Assembly (NCBI RefSeq): GCF_000400465.1
Contig: NW_008806274.1
Span: 57,319 to 89,318, forward strand
Direction: 5' to 3'
Source of the DNA: Wallemia ichthyophaga EXF-994
Taxonomy: Eukaryota; Fungi; Basidiomycota
DNA: 32,000 nt
The position numbers were made by a program, and so were the translations under genes. This document shows positions 11,935 to 24,226 of this stretch, piece after piece (positions within the stretch are counted from its first letter, which is position 1; every line of letters starts with the position of its first letter). The notes below the pieces were generated by a model that was not told where the DNA came from, did not search any database, and saw only the letters and a program-made list of their open reading frames with translations.

Positions 11935-14900
11935 CTACTGCTCGTCTTGATCAGGCATGTGGAACGGGAATTGAGCAAATTGGTGCTGATCGTGCTGCTG
12001 CGAAGCAAGTTGTTGAGCAAATTGCTGAGCTTGCTGGGCCTGTTGAGCTTGTTGAGCCTGTATAATTTGCTGAGGCTGTAAGAATTGCGGTGGTAGTTGC
12101 GGTACTGCTGAAGCTTGAGGTGATGATTTGTTACCAACGTTGATCTTTACTTTAGATGCAGACGCAGACGCAGCATTGGTTGGAGTACCAGGCTGTGAAG
12201 TGCCAGGCGTTCCTGCCTGCGATTGCATTTGCGCTTGTCCTTGCCCTTGAGCTTGGGGAGTACCCAACCCACCAACATTATTAGCATCAAGTGTAGATGG
12301 CAGACCACTCGCGAATCCTGGTGTTGCAGCTACTGTAGGTGTTGGTAACTGTGCAGCTGCACTAGGTGATGGCTGAGCATTAGGACCGTGGAATTGAGCC
12401 CACAGTGGACATTTTCTGTTTGTTTTCATGTGTCCTATTTGTCCACAGTTTCCACATTTACGCGTCGTGTCTGATTTAGTCGTTGTCTTCATCTGCAGTG
12501 GCTCTCCACCGGCTGACGTAAGCTGCTGGTTCTTGCGCTGCAGTCTACGCTCTTGGTTGCGACGCATCAGATTGATCTTTTCCTCAATCATCTTGGCGCG
12601 ACGCTTGTCTAACTCTTCATCTCCCGTTGGCTCAATCTTATCGACGTCGAGTGATTGATCTTCGATGATTTGTCTCTTACGTACGTATGCACTTATTACT
12701 GCCGAGTCCTCAACTATTTCTGTCTGCCAGCTGCCGTTGATCTAGAACATTTGTTAATAGTACACGGCGTGCGATGTGAGTTACCCACCAATCTTCTTAC
12801 TTTGAGCACTTTAGAGCCATGCTGCGACTTGGCCTTCTCTTTCTCTTCGTCTGCTTCCTTCTGCGCACGCTGGTGACTGGCGAATGCCTCCTCATCCCTC
12901 CTGTCGAGCTTTGGTGCAACTGGGTTAGAAAGCGCCTTGAATTGAGCTTTCCAAATTCTGGCTATCTCCTCCTTGTAAACTTTCTGCTGCTCAGCGACAG
13001 TATATCTATGTGCGTGTTTCGGCCTGTTCTCAATATCGGCTCTGACCTTCTCGGGATCTTCACCCGCTCTCAAAAAAATATCCTTCATAGACACTCTGAT
13101 AAATGAGAATGCCTCACCCCTCCCACTCGGATCACCCTCTCCATATAGCTTAAGCATAGCTTTCGACTGGGTGGCATTGACGAAGTTCTTGGTAGTAATC
13201 CACGGTGCGAGTTGCTGCTCGATTGATAACTTGGTCTCATCACCTGCCGTCGTGTCCTGATTCTCATCCTCGACATTACCATAACCAGCATCGAGCAAGC
13301 GACGTTGACCGACTTGCATAGCCTCACACAAAGCCACGTACTCTGGACTTACGAGTTTCAAGATCTCTTCATTCTCCGGTATCTTGGCCGTTGGCTTGAG
13401 ACGCCAGAAACCAGCGTGCTCACCCTTACGGTTGTATTCCATGAATTCTTTCAGACGCTGACGCATCTGCATCTCGTTTTGGTCCTGAAAGTATTTCCAC
13501 AATCGGTCGAGAATCAGTCTCTCGCCCTTTGTGCGCTTTAACAGCTTGTATGCAATAGCCTGCAGTCTATACTTGGTGGTGTTGGTGATCATACGCGAGT
13601 GCGGCCCAGGCACTGCAGTAACGGGGTACGTCTGCCCAACGAGAAAGACGTTCTTGATTTCGCGTATAAAGTAGCACGTCTCGTTCTTGGATGTGGACCT
13701 GATCACGAGGAAATCGGTGTGGTTTGGCTGGTGCCTGAAAAGGGGAGCTCTGATTAGGTTATTGTACAGCGTAGGAATTGTCTGACCCGAGTCTACAAAA
13801 CCAAGCTTCATGAATGGAGACTCATCCGCAACGTCGAGCACGAACGGCTCACCAAAGTCAGACTTAGGCACATGGTCGTCGTGCTGGTCTTTTTTGCGGT
13901 AGTAGTTGACGAGCACACTGCCCATACCAAAGTTGGACATGATTGATGGATACTCCTCGGAATACTCCCATAATGCGTAGTTACTACCATCTTTGAGCGT
14001 GAGGTCTTTCGTCGTGTGCAACAACTCAGCTCCACCATCTACCTTGGCTGCGCGTCGCTTCTCTTTGTCCTTCTTCTTTTTGTTGCTACGCACCTTGGAG
14101 AAACGCTGCTCGACGTTGATTGGGAACATGAGAGTAGGACGATGGAAACTGCGTGCTTCATTCTTGCTTAAACGTGTCTTGTAGAATGGCAGTTGCAGCT
14201 TGAGGGCTGGGTATGCATGCTGGACGTCTATCTGAGAGAAAGTCTGTCTGATTCTGTGCTTAGGTGCTGTAACTGACTGCTCGTAAAGATGGTCATTGGA
14301 GAGGTTGAATGGATCAGCTGATGTAGATGTTATTGCATTTGCATTTTGTTGCTCTGTATCTTCATCTAACTCTTCAAACATGAGAGAAGGATCATTCATG
14401 TCGAGTGTGAGCTTTACGAAAGAGTCTTGTGGTTTCATCTTCTCATTGAATATGATAGATTGTGTCCAGTCTTGGTTCATCAGTGATCCGTTTGGTGGTA
14501 GAGTCGCAATCATCGGAATACCATTTTTGATATGTGGGGGAACTGGAGGTCCCGCACTCCACTTAATATTATCCTCCCAGTCAGCAAGATCGACCAAGCT
14601 GAGCTCCTTTGTATCGTTGACATGATCAGGTGTCTCTTTATGCTTGCTCTCAGAGTCGCGGTGGGTATTAGGACTCCAAACTCTACTGACAAGGTGGTCG
14701 AGATGCGTTGGTTTTGGTGCTGTTGGTGGTAAAGCGCGGTTGAAGAGATCTTTAGTAGACGGAGCTTGTTGGAAATGTACGTGTATGCTAGGTGGCTGGA
14801 TAGATTTACGATTTGAGTTCATTTTGCGTCTCTTTTGCCCACGATTGGAGAATAGGTGAGTAAAGTTGAGTACCTTTTCAGCGTCGAATGCAGGGAAGAT

Positions 14901-15454
14901 TTCTTTGACGTCGATCATTTTGGCATCTTGTTGGGTCGTAGGTTGTTGTGCATCGGGATCGACATCGACGTCGATATCGCGATCAACACCGTCATCAACG
15001 TCATCATCGGCGTCGTCATCAGCGTCGACGTCCTCATCTGGATGATATGGCTGTTCATCAATGGCGTCGAAGTCGTCGTCGTAGTCGTCGTCTTCGCCTC
15101 TAGCTTTTAGTTGGCTGGGATGAATGACTTCATCAGGAAGATCCTCATCCATATCATCCTCCAAGTCATCACCGACGTTTGCATCAATTTGTTCATCGTT
15201 ACCTGCATCGTCTGCGTCTTCAGCGTCATCACCGAATAGATCATCATTTTCAATTTGATCCTTTGAAATTTTAGAAGAGCCACCTAAGCCAAAAGCTTTG
15301 AGGTAGCTGGGGTCGTAACCTTCAAGCTCACTTCCGATGAGATCGTTGAGTGCTAGACCACCGAGGGAAGAGATGGCAGAGGATTCATCCTAGGATTTGT
15401 GAGTGGGTGGAGTGCAGGTAGGTATTCACAGCCACTAACTTGATTATTCCCCAT
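11935..15454 (-). CDS. TAF1: TFIID subunit Taf1 (DUF3591 core plus CCHC zinc knuckle, Q/P-rich tail)
   Basis: Motifs FNLSNDHLY, LQLPFYKTRLSK..RSFHRP, EYSEEYP..SNFGMG, LAPWITTKNF, GEGDPSGRGEAFSF and RKCGNCGQIGHMKTNRKCP. Exons 15454-15440, 15389-12789, 12741-11935. Confidence 0.93.
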
Positions 15455-15923
15455 TTCCTTGAATTAATCGATTCAAGGATGATGGACGTTGAGTGGAACG
15501 AGGAGATGGAGAGAGATGGAGGTACAGCTGAATCTGTAGCAGCAGCAGTAGCAACAGTGATACTATTCGAATTAAATTGAATAAAGTATTTCATTTAAAT
15601 TGATCAAATTCTCAATATTCATCTCAACGATATCAAGCTATTTGTGCTGGAAATTGGATAGTAGATATAGTGTTACGAGTAGCTTATCAATGATAGCATA
15701 GCAGCCACACATGCCTAACACATCCAACAAACCCAGCAAACCCAAACAAAGCCATTCGAACGACGTGGAATTTTAGCGAAAAAGGAATTAACAGTATAAT
15801 TATTGAAATAAAGTTAATTTGCACGTAAGTTTAATTAAACTGCATTCAAATGCACGCTCGGGTCGATTAACCGTGGAATCGCAGTGTCCGTAGATACCGC
15901 AGTGGCGTAAAAGTGATGTGAAT

Positions 15924-15949
15924 TGGGTATATATTGAATTCAATACCCA
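15924..15949. promoter_or_regulatory. Imperfect palindrome TGGGTA-TATA-TTGAATTCAA-TACCCA in the TAF1/6PGD divergent spacer
   Basis: The arms TGGGTA/TACCCA and the core TTGAATTCAA are self-complementary. Function is unknown. Confidence 0.3.
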
Positions 15950-16171
15950 CTAAAAACCCATTAGATACAAATCACAGTCTCAACCAATTGATGACGCAAT
16001 ATCAGATTTTAGTGCATCGATTTGGTTTAAAATTGGCTTAAAATGAATCGGAATGATCCGGTTTAATACAGATTCTTGTAGATTGTATTTTGATTAAAAT
16101 TTAAATATAAATGATGTTACAAGTGATTCGGAGTTCGTCCAACTCTCTTCAACACCACCAACAAGTACGAT

Positions 16172-17795
16172 ATGTCACAAGAATCTGTCGCTGAGTGAGT
16201 TTAAATGGTTTATTCAATAATCCCGTCTAACATAAATCCCAGTATCGGTCTGATGTATGTTGAGTGCATGTGCTGTGCTGATCACTTACTCACCCACTCA
16301 CAGCGGCTTAGCCGTTATGGGCCAAAACCTAATCCTCAACATGGCTGATAAGGGCTATCAAGTCGCTGCTTACAATCGTACAACTTCCAAGGTTGACGAT
16401 TTCTTAGCCAACGAGGCACACGGTGTGTCAAACACAGACACGAGAAGCCAGACTAACGGAATCACAGGTAAAGCAATCGTTGGTGCTCACTCTATTGAGG
16501 AATTCTGCAAGCAACTCAAGAGACCACGTAAGATTATTCTTCTCGTCAAGGCTGGTCCTGCTGTTGATTCTTTCATCGATCAACTCAAACCTTTCCTTGA
16601 AAAGGGCGATATCGTCATTGACGCTGGTAACTCTCACTACCCTGACTCTATTCGTCGCACTCAAGAACTCCAAAAGGAAGGCCTTCTCTTCGTTGGCTCT
16701 GGTGTCTCAGGTGGTGAAGAAGGCGCTCGTTGGGGTCCTTCCATCATGCCAGGTGGTAACCCAGACGCCTGGCCACACATCAAAGAAATCCTTCAAAAGA
16801 CTTCTGCTCAAGTAAATGGTAATGAACCTTGTTGCGATTGGGTTGGTGATGAAGGTGCTGGTCACTACGTTAAAATGGTTCACAACGGTATCGAATACGG
16901 TGATATGCAAGTCCTCGGTGAAGCTTATGATATCCTCCTTCGTGGTGTTGGTTTCTCTCACGATCAAGTTGCTGATGCTTTCAAGCAATGGAACTCTGGT
17001 GTTCTTGACTCCTTCTTGACTGACATCACTGCTCAAATTCTTGAACACAAGACTGACGGTGAAGCTACCGTTGATTCCATCCTCGATGCCGCTGGTCAAA
17101 AGGGTACTGGTAAGTGGACCGGTGTCAATGCACTCGACCTCGGTACACCTGTTACCCTCATCGCTGAAGCTGTCTTTGCTCGTTGCGTCTCTTCATTGAA
17201 GGATGAGCGTCAAACTGCTGCTCAAAAACTCAAGGGACCTGCAAAGGAGCAATTCTCAGGTGACAAAGCTGCTTTCGTCAATGACCTCCAACAAGCTCTC
17301 TATGGTGCCAAGATTATCTCATACGCTCAAGGTTTCCTTCTCTTCCGTGAAGCTGCTAAGGAATACGGCTGGAAGCTCAACAACGCAGGTATCGCAAAGA
17401 TGTGGCGTGGTGGATGTATCATCAAGTCAGTTTTCCTTGGTGACATCTCCAAGGCATACGAGCGTAACCCACAACTCGAGTCACTCTTATTCGATGATTT
17501 CTTCGTAAAGGCACTCGAAAACGCTCAAGCTGGATGGAGACGTGTGGTTGCACAAGCTACTCTCTGGGGTATCCCAACACCAGCACTCTCATCATCCCTC
17601 TCTTTCCTCGACTCTTACAGATCTGCTGACCTTCCATCCGCTTCCCTTATTCAAGCTCAACGTGATTTCTTCGGCGCTCACACTTTCCAAGTTAAGGACT
17701 CGGCCAAATCTGACAAATTCATCAAGGGTCAACCAAACCACTTGAACTGGACCGGTAGAGGTGGACGTGTTGCGTCATCTGCTTACGCTGCTTAA
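16172..17795 (+). CDS. GND1: 6-phosphogluconate dehydrogenase, decarboxylating
   Basis: D/IGLI/GLAVMGQNL, GAGHYVKMVHNGIEYGDMQ, GQKGTGKWT, WRGGCII, QAQRDFFGAHTF. Exons 16172-16194, 16243-16254, 16304-16422, 16468-17795. Strongly biased codon usage suggests high expression. Confidence 0.97.
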
Positions 17796-17999
17796 ACAAT
17801 GATATAAAGAGATTTTTACTTTTATAATTAATGCAATGCTTTGCAATCTACATGTGAATAGTGATTAGTAATGCCGGCTGTAAGGATTAATGTGAATGCA
17901 TTTCGAATAAATATCTATCTATCTATAGTGTAAGTGTAGGTGTGAAGGAAAGGCATATCGTAAGACGTTAGACGTAACAAACTAAGTATAGATTACCAC

Positions 18000-19349
18000 C
18001 TAGGCGGGTTGCTTAGCAGCACCAGCATCAACGCCAGCATCTGTTTTAACCGCAGCCTCCTCTTGATCCTCAAGGTACATCTGATCAATCAGTCGATCTA
18101 TGTCTGGGATTGCAGAGTATCTCAAACCGACTTCACCAAAAACAGATATCTGTCGATGGTGATGATCGATAGACACTATATTTTGAAGGAATGAAGGCTG
18201 TGTGGCACGGTTTAAATCGTAAACCTGACCATTTCCGAGATGTATTCTAACTTGACCATCTTCGTACACTAACAACTCCCCAATTTCACCCTCAGCGTCG
18301 TCATCTTGGCTGATTTGGTCGAGTTTTGAAAGGTCAGGTTTGGTGTCAGGTTTTTTGTCTTGATCTTTCTTTGTGTCCTTTTCTTTTTCTTTATCGTCTT
18401 CATCTTGATTTTTTTCTTGATCAGCCCCAGCAAATGACACCCGCTTGTCGGTGTTTGCTTGTTTGGGTGGTGCAGAAAACTTTGGAAAAGTCTTTGGGAA
18501 TTGAAGGAAGAGCATTTTATCCTCATCAGCATCTAAAGCAGCTGTAAAGTCGTAAGCAACGTCCTCAGTCTCATCTTCTTCTTCTGAAGCACTAAGATCG
18601 AGACCACCTTTGGCTATATCTTCAACATCAGCCTGCTCAACGTCATCATCTTCATCTTGTTTCATCTCATCAACGTTTCCATCTGGATCAGGTTTAACTT
18701 TCGGTTTAATGTCTTTGTTCAGATGCTTTTTCTTCTTATCTTTTTTATTATCAAACTTGTAATGCTCTTTAGGTATAGAAGTAGGAGCATTTTGATCGAG
18801 AGATGCAACTTGTTGAATATCGATAATTTCCATACCTTCATCCTCATTTTCAGAGTATTGCTCGGGGTCATCTTTAACAGTAGCACCTCTATCACCTGCT
18901 AAGCGTGAAGGTTTACCAGCGCCGGTGAGTTGAGCAGATTCTTTCTGCATAGCCTGCCTATTACCACCAACGGTGATACCTGAAGCTTGAGCAGAACGAG
19001 CTCTACCCATTCCAGCGTTCTTTGAAGGACCCATAGCGAAAGGACCGGATGCAGTCATTTGAACTTCACCTCTACCACGACCTCTACCTCGTGTAGAATC
19101 GCCTCTTCCTCTACCCCTTCCTCTACCGCTAGAAGGATCCGAAGTGGGTTCTGGCTTGACTTCTGTGGGCTTCTTTCGTGGTTGAATTTTAGGCGCAAAC
19201 TTCATTTTAGCGGTGCCTGCTTTAGTTTGTGAGGAGTATTCATTGGTGCGTGTGGAGGTGGATGGATTTGGATTTGAGGTGTGCAAAGTGCCGATGTTAG
19301 CTGGATTTGGATTTGAATTTGAGTTTTCATTTGGATTTTCATTTGACAT
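18000..19349 (-). CDS. RPC53: RNA polymerase III subunit Rpc4/C53
   Basis: KMKFAPKI, RG-repeat and ASGPFAMGP N-terminal features, LFLQFPKTFP, and C-terminal EGEIGELLVYEDGQVRIHLG...PSFLQNIVSI Rpc4 domain. Confidence 0.8.
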   Translation of the reverse strand: MSNENPNENSNSNPNPANIGTLHTSNPNPSTSTRTNEYSSQTKAGTAKMKFAPKIQPRKKPTEVKPEPTSDPSSGRGRGRGRGDSTRGRGRGRGEVQMTASGPFAMGPSKNAGMGRARSAQASGITVGGNRQAMQKESAQLTGAGKPSRLAGDRGATVKDDPEQYSENEDEGMEIIDIQQVASLDQNAPTSIPKEHYKFDNKKDKKKKHLNKDIKPKVKPDPDGNVDEMKQDEDDDVEQADVEDIAKGGLDLSASEEEDETEDVAYDFTAALDADEDKMLFLQFPKTFPKFSAPPKQANTDKRVSFAGADQEKNQDEDDKEKEKDTKKDQDKKPDTKPDLSKLDQISQDDDAEGEIGELLVYEDGQVRIHLGNGQVYDLNRATQPSFLQNIVSIDHHHRQISVFGEVGLRYSAIPDIDRLIDQMYLEDQEEAAVKTDAGVDAGAAKQPA

Positions 19350-19394
19350 GATGGTTCAATTGATAGCCCCAACGTATGTTATCTGCTTACGACC

Positions 19395-21306
19395 ATGTCA
19401 AGTTAGTTTTAAATTAATTGAAATTGAAAATATTCATAATCCTTATAATCCTTATAGGCCCTGGAAATAATTCAACCAACGACGACGAGGTTAAAGCAGA
19501 TATCCTCAGAAGACACCTCGTTTCAAAGGAGCAAAGGCAGCGATCAAGTGATAATAATATCAATGACAATGACGATGACGACGATAACGATCTCGATAAT
19601 GATCATGACTCTTTCTCTGCTCCTCTACACGTCCCTGGTGCTGATATCACTCATCACCTATACGCATGGGAAAGGCAACATAGAAATTCTACTTCTATTA
19701 GACCACGGAGCATGTCTTTCTCAAATGTTCAATCTGCTTTAGAGTCTCAATCTGAGAATGAAGTTGATCACTCTCTAGGCTATCTCAGGCATCCAGGTGG
19801 TTTTAGAAGGCAATATATTGCAAATAGAGCACGTGAAAGGGGCGTCGAACACCCTGAATTCGCAAATACCTCTTTTGTCGATTACTTAGCTTTATTTGGT
19901 CACTTTGCAGGTGAAGAATTGGAAGAATTGGAAGAATTAGATGAATCTGATGAGTCTCAACACTCTCAACACCCTCAAGAATCCTCCAGACTCCCTAGAA
20001 AACCACGTGATGAACGTGATCCTCTAATTCCTAGACCTATCCCTGTTAGAAGAAGATCCACTTCTGCTGCCCGGCGCGGCACAGCAAGCATCACACAGGC
20101 TGTTTTGATGCTTCTCAAATCTTTCATTGGTACTGGCATTCTCTTCCTAGGTAGAGCCTTTCTCAATGGTGGTCTGTACTTCTCCACCGTTGTCATAATC
20201 ATCCTAGCACTCGTAAACATGTGGGCATACCTCCTCCTCATACACACCAGCTACAAAGTACCTGGCTCGTTTGGTGACATCGGCGGTATCCTTTATGGCA
20301 ATAAGATGCGCTTGGCCATTCTCGCTTCAATTACCGTATCCCAGATGGGTTTCGTGTCTGCATATACCGTCTTCGTTGCTGAAAATCTCCGTGCATTCGT
20401 AATAGCAGTGAGCGAAAGTAACCTCAATCTGCCTACTCTTCTCTTCATTCTTATCCAGATTCCCATTCTCACACCACTCGCACTCTACCGCAACCTTACC
20501 AAACTCTCACTCACAGCGCTCATCGCCGACGTCTTTATCCTTTTCGGAATTATCTATCTCTTTAGTCAGGAGATAGCAGTGATCGCGAGCAACGGAATAG
20601 CCAAAGATGTTGTTCTGTTCAACTCTGAGTCATACCCTCTCTTTATGGGTACTGCCGTATTCGCATTCGAGGGAATAGGGTTGATCATACCTGTAGTGGA
20701 ATCGATGCGTGAGCCACGGAAATTCCCATATGTGTTATCGGGAGTAATGATAGTACTTACTGCGCTATTTGCGAGTAGCGGGTTCCTTAGTTATGCTGCA
20801 TTTGGGAGCAAGATCCAGACAGTAGTAATATCGAACCTGCCACAAGACAACCGCTTCGTGCAGTCAGTTCAATTTCTCTACTCTCTCGCTATTCTCCTCA
20901 GTATACCTCTCCAGCTTTTCCCAGCAGTGCGTATCATGGAGGCTGGTATATTTGTCGAGAGCGGCAAATTCAGTAATAAGGTCAAGTGGAAGAAGAATCT
21001 CTTCAGATTAGCTGTGGTGTTCGTTTGTATTGTCGTTAGTATTTGCGGTGCGAGCGATTTAGATAAGTTTGTCTCGCTTATCGGTTCAGGTGAGTTGGTT
21101 CTTTGAATTGATTGGCTTCTCCTTCTCACACCTCATACCTCACAGTTGCGTGCGTTCCCCTCTGCTTCATTTACCCTCCCCTCCTCCATCTTAAGGCGTG
21201 TGCGCGGACGACTTTCGCTAAAGCCGCTGACATTCTCCTCCTCGTGTGCGGCGTCCAGCTCGTCATCTTCACCGCGTCACTCACTATCGCCTCTATGATG
21301 GACTGA
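19395..21306 (+). CDS. AVT3: Vacuolar amino-acid efflux transporter, Avt3/Avt4 (AAAP) family
   Basis: PGGFRRQYI, LMLLKSFIGTGILFL, FMGTAVFAFEGIGLIIP, ILLSIPLQLFPA, LDKFVSLIGS/VACVPL. Exons 19395-19401, 19458-21089, 21146-21306. The Avt3 versus Avt4 assignment is uncertain. Confidence 0.88.
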
Positions 21307-21529
21307 GACAGTTGTTTTGAGATATACATAGCTTGTTGTCATACTTAGTCATACGTAGTCTGTACCATGTATCTGGAAATTGTTACAATGAGATATAGAA
21401 ATACCAAGTGAGAGTTGAGTGGTGATAAAAACGAGTGTCGATATCGAGTTTAGTTTGTGTACTTAGCCTAGTGTAGATAATCAGTGCGAAGAGCGTGAAT
21501 AGAGATTTTGGAATGTCCAATGAAAGAAA

Positions 21530-23870
21530 TTAACGTCTCTTAGAGAATGACTTTTGAAGTAGCAACAACACCCTATCTACATCCAGCTGAACATATTCCA
21601 AATCAAGCAGGTTGATTCCATCTTTCTGCTTTTCAAGGAGATCATCGATTTTGAGATCCATTTCGAGTATGGCCTTCTCCCTGCCTTTGTAATGAAGAGC
21701 GATGATAAAAGTGCCTGGGGTTGGTGATGTAAAGTTAAAGTAGATGTTTGATCTTCTATTTTCAGGTACATTGCTTTGTTTGATAATATCCTCTTTCTCT
21801 AGTTGGTAGTGAGTGAAGCGGTACGGGCCGAGGATTTGAGACTTGGCAGTTTTCTTCTCCTTACCACCAACGGTAACGACGCCGACACCACCCGTTGAAG
21901 ATTTAGCATCTTTCGACGAGTTAATGCGCACATTCGCCAGGTATGCTTTGTAGCTTTCGAGTTGTGAGCGGAGATAATTATTATGGTCGCAAATGGTCTT
22001 GTATACGCTATCTAAGGATTTAGACTCAATGAGAACTTTTTCGCGTATGTTTCCGAGATGTGCGAGCTCAGCCTGTACCTCTTCCTGCATGAGGTTGTAT
22101 TCATCAGCGCGGTCAATGATGCCGATCTCCTCGAGTTCGCGCAACATTTCTTTCACTTTGATCCCTTTCTTCACCAAGACGGGGTCTTTAGTTGTAGCAG
22201 CGCGCTCGGCTATCGCGGGCAAATCGACTGGTAGTCTGTCGGCACCCGGCATCGAACGGATCAGCTGGACAAAAATGGATTTGGCCTCCATATAGAGAAT
22301 GTCGTTCTGCGTTACGTTGCTCTCGGCCATCAGAGCCGTGGTGAGATCTTGGATTGGCGTCTCCCATCTCGAGAACATGGGCAGATTGATCGTGCGGTTG
22401 TCTTTGCGGGGCACTGGTCCAGGCGATGGCCCTAATTCGTCTAGCAGTATTCTAAGATGTTGTTTGCTTTGTGGTGCCTGGAGTGTTAATTTTGGTGTCA
22501 GTATTGCGCATTCGCCATCCAAACACCCCACTCACAAGTATATCCATATGTTGGACAAGCAGGGAATGGGTATTGTATAATTCATTCAACGTTATATTTA
22601 TCTGCAACTCTTTCTTACTGAGAGCCATGTATTGGTCCATCTCGAGCTGATCGTAGAAATCACCAACCTCGCAGAGATTATTGAGGAATTGATTAATCCT
22701 CGCCTTGTTGTTCTCAACGAAAGGATTTAGCTGCATCATATACGCCTCTTTAGCGTAAGAAGGTTTATTTGCGAGATTCTGAAGCATCTTTGCGATCAGG
22801 GTGAGAGTGCGACGAGGGTGTTTAGCAGGGATGCCGTCAACGAGCATGTAAGCCTGTGGGGTGACAATAGCTGGGTTAATAAAGCGCAGAAAGAAGAAAC
22901 CACCAATCAGAGAGCAAATAGCGTAATCGGTAGCTTGTGGGTATTTTCTTCTAGTGAGAGAACGAATTTGTTTGCAGATCCAACGGATACCATAAGGAAC
23001 GCTGTCGATGGAGTCGATGATAGTGTATAAGAAGGAGTTTGCAATTTCGATGAGCATAGTGATTCTAGGTCTAATGATGGCTTGTACGTCGGGGTTATCG
23101 GAGGCGACTTCGGTGGAGACGCCACGAGACAAACCAGGAGGTAAGATGCCCTTTTCCTCTTCAATGGAGTTGAGCATTTGTTCATAGACTTTCAAGGGGT
23201 TTGTTTCGAGGTTCAAGTCCTTGTGTTCGATGAGGGAGTTGATGCGATCAGCGAGGACGCTCTTGAGGTAGGATTGGCCAGGACCTCTGCGTGTGTAGGT
23301 GGTCATCATTCTTGAGACAGGGGTGTTAGCCCTGAGTAAGCTTCCGAACTCGGTAGCAGTCTCAAACTGAGCGGATAAAACGGATTGGAACATGGTTAAG
23401 AGGAGGTGCTCTTCACGAGACTCATATTGATTACCGTAGAGGGTGAACATGACAGTTTGTAAGAGTGTGTCGATTTCAGCGAGGCTGACGAGTCTACAGA
23501 GCACAGCGATATGACGAGGTTCAGATTGGAGGAGGAAGAAGAGGTTAGCGTATTGCTGTACTTTCTTATCATCAAGCCAACCAGCGTTGTCGTCGTTTTC
23601 CTCTAAAGTTGCAGCGACCTCTTCCTTCTCATCTGCAGCCATTCTGTTTTGGATAAGGAGGGCAATTCTACCGTCTAAATACCTAACATCCCTCTCTAGA
23701 ACGAAATTCTTCTTTGATTGGCTGGATATTTTAGACTTTAAATCTCGTAATTTCTTTTGAGCCCGTGCGAGGTCATCGTCGGCGTCGACGTCCTGCTCAG
23801 CGGCCATGGAATAAAGAGCGGTAAATGACTGCCTTTGAGTATTTCTATTTACTTTAAAATCATTTGACAT
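21530..23870 (-). CDS. gap1: Ras GTPase-activating protein, Gap1/Sar1 type (RasGAP plus RasGAP_C)
   Basis: LKSKISSQSKKNFVLERDVRYLD, SLLRANTPVSRMMTTYTRRGPGQSYL, IGGFFFLRFINPAIVTP, LIAKMLQNLANKP. Intron 22535-22478 (GTGAGT..CAG). ATG at 23870. Confidence 0.9.
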
Positions 23871-24226
23871 GTTGTTGGTGGTTGACGACCAAGAGCAATA
23901 GCAAGAGAACAATGAACACAATCAATAACCCAATGGAAGACAAAAATATGATTATGAAATATTTATGTGCAGGTGGGTTGATAGGGGATTTTGGAATTAT
24001 TCTAATATTGTTTAGACTGCGCTAGTCCAAATGAAATAAAACCCAGGGAACCCATTAGGTGTAGAGAGTGTGGACATAGAATTATGTACAAGCAGCGTAC
24101 AAAGAGGAGTGAGTTGGTTTGTTTGACTAATTTTTACAGAACCAGGCTTATAAACTAATAGTGGTGGGTTCTAGTAATTTTATAACACCCAACACAACAA
24201 CTAAATAAATCCACAGATCCAATTCG

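Noticed and set aside
19070-19130. RG-dipeptide repeats in Rpc53
   Set aside because: RG-rich N-terminal tracts are a familiar low-complexity feature of such nuclear proteins, and nothing specific is supportable.
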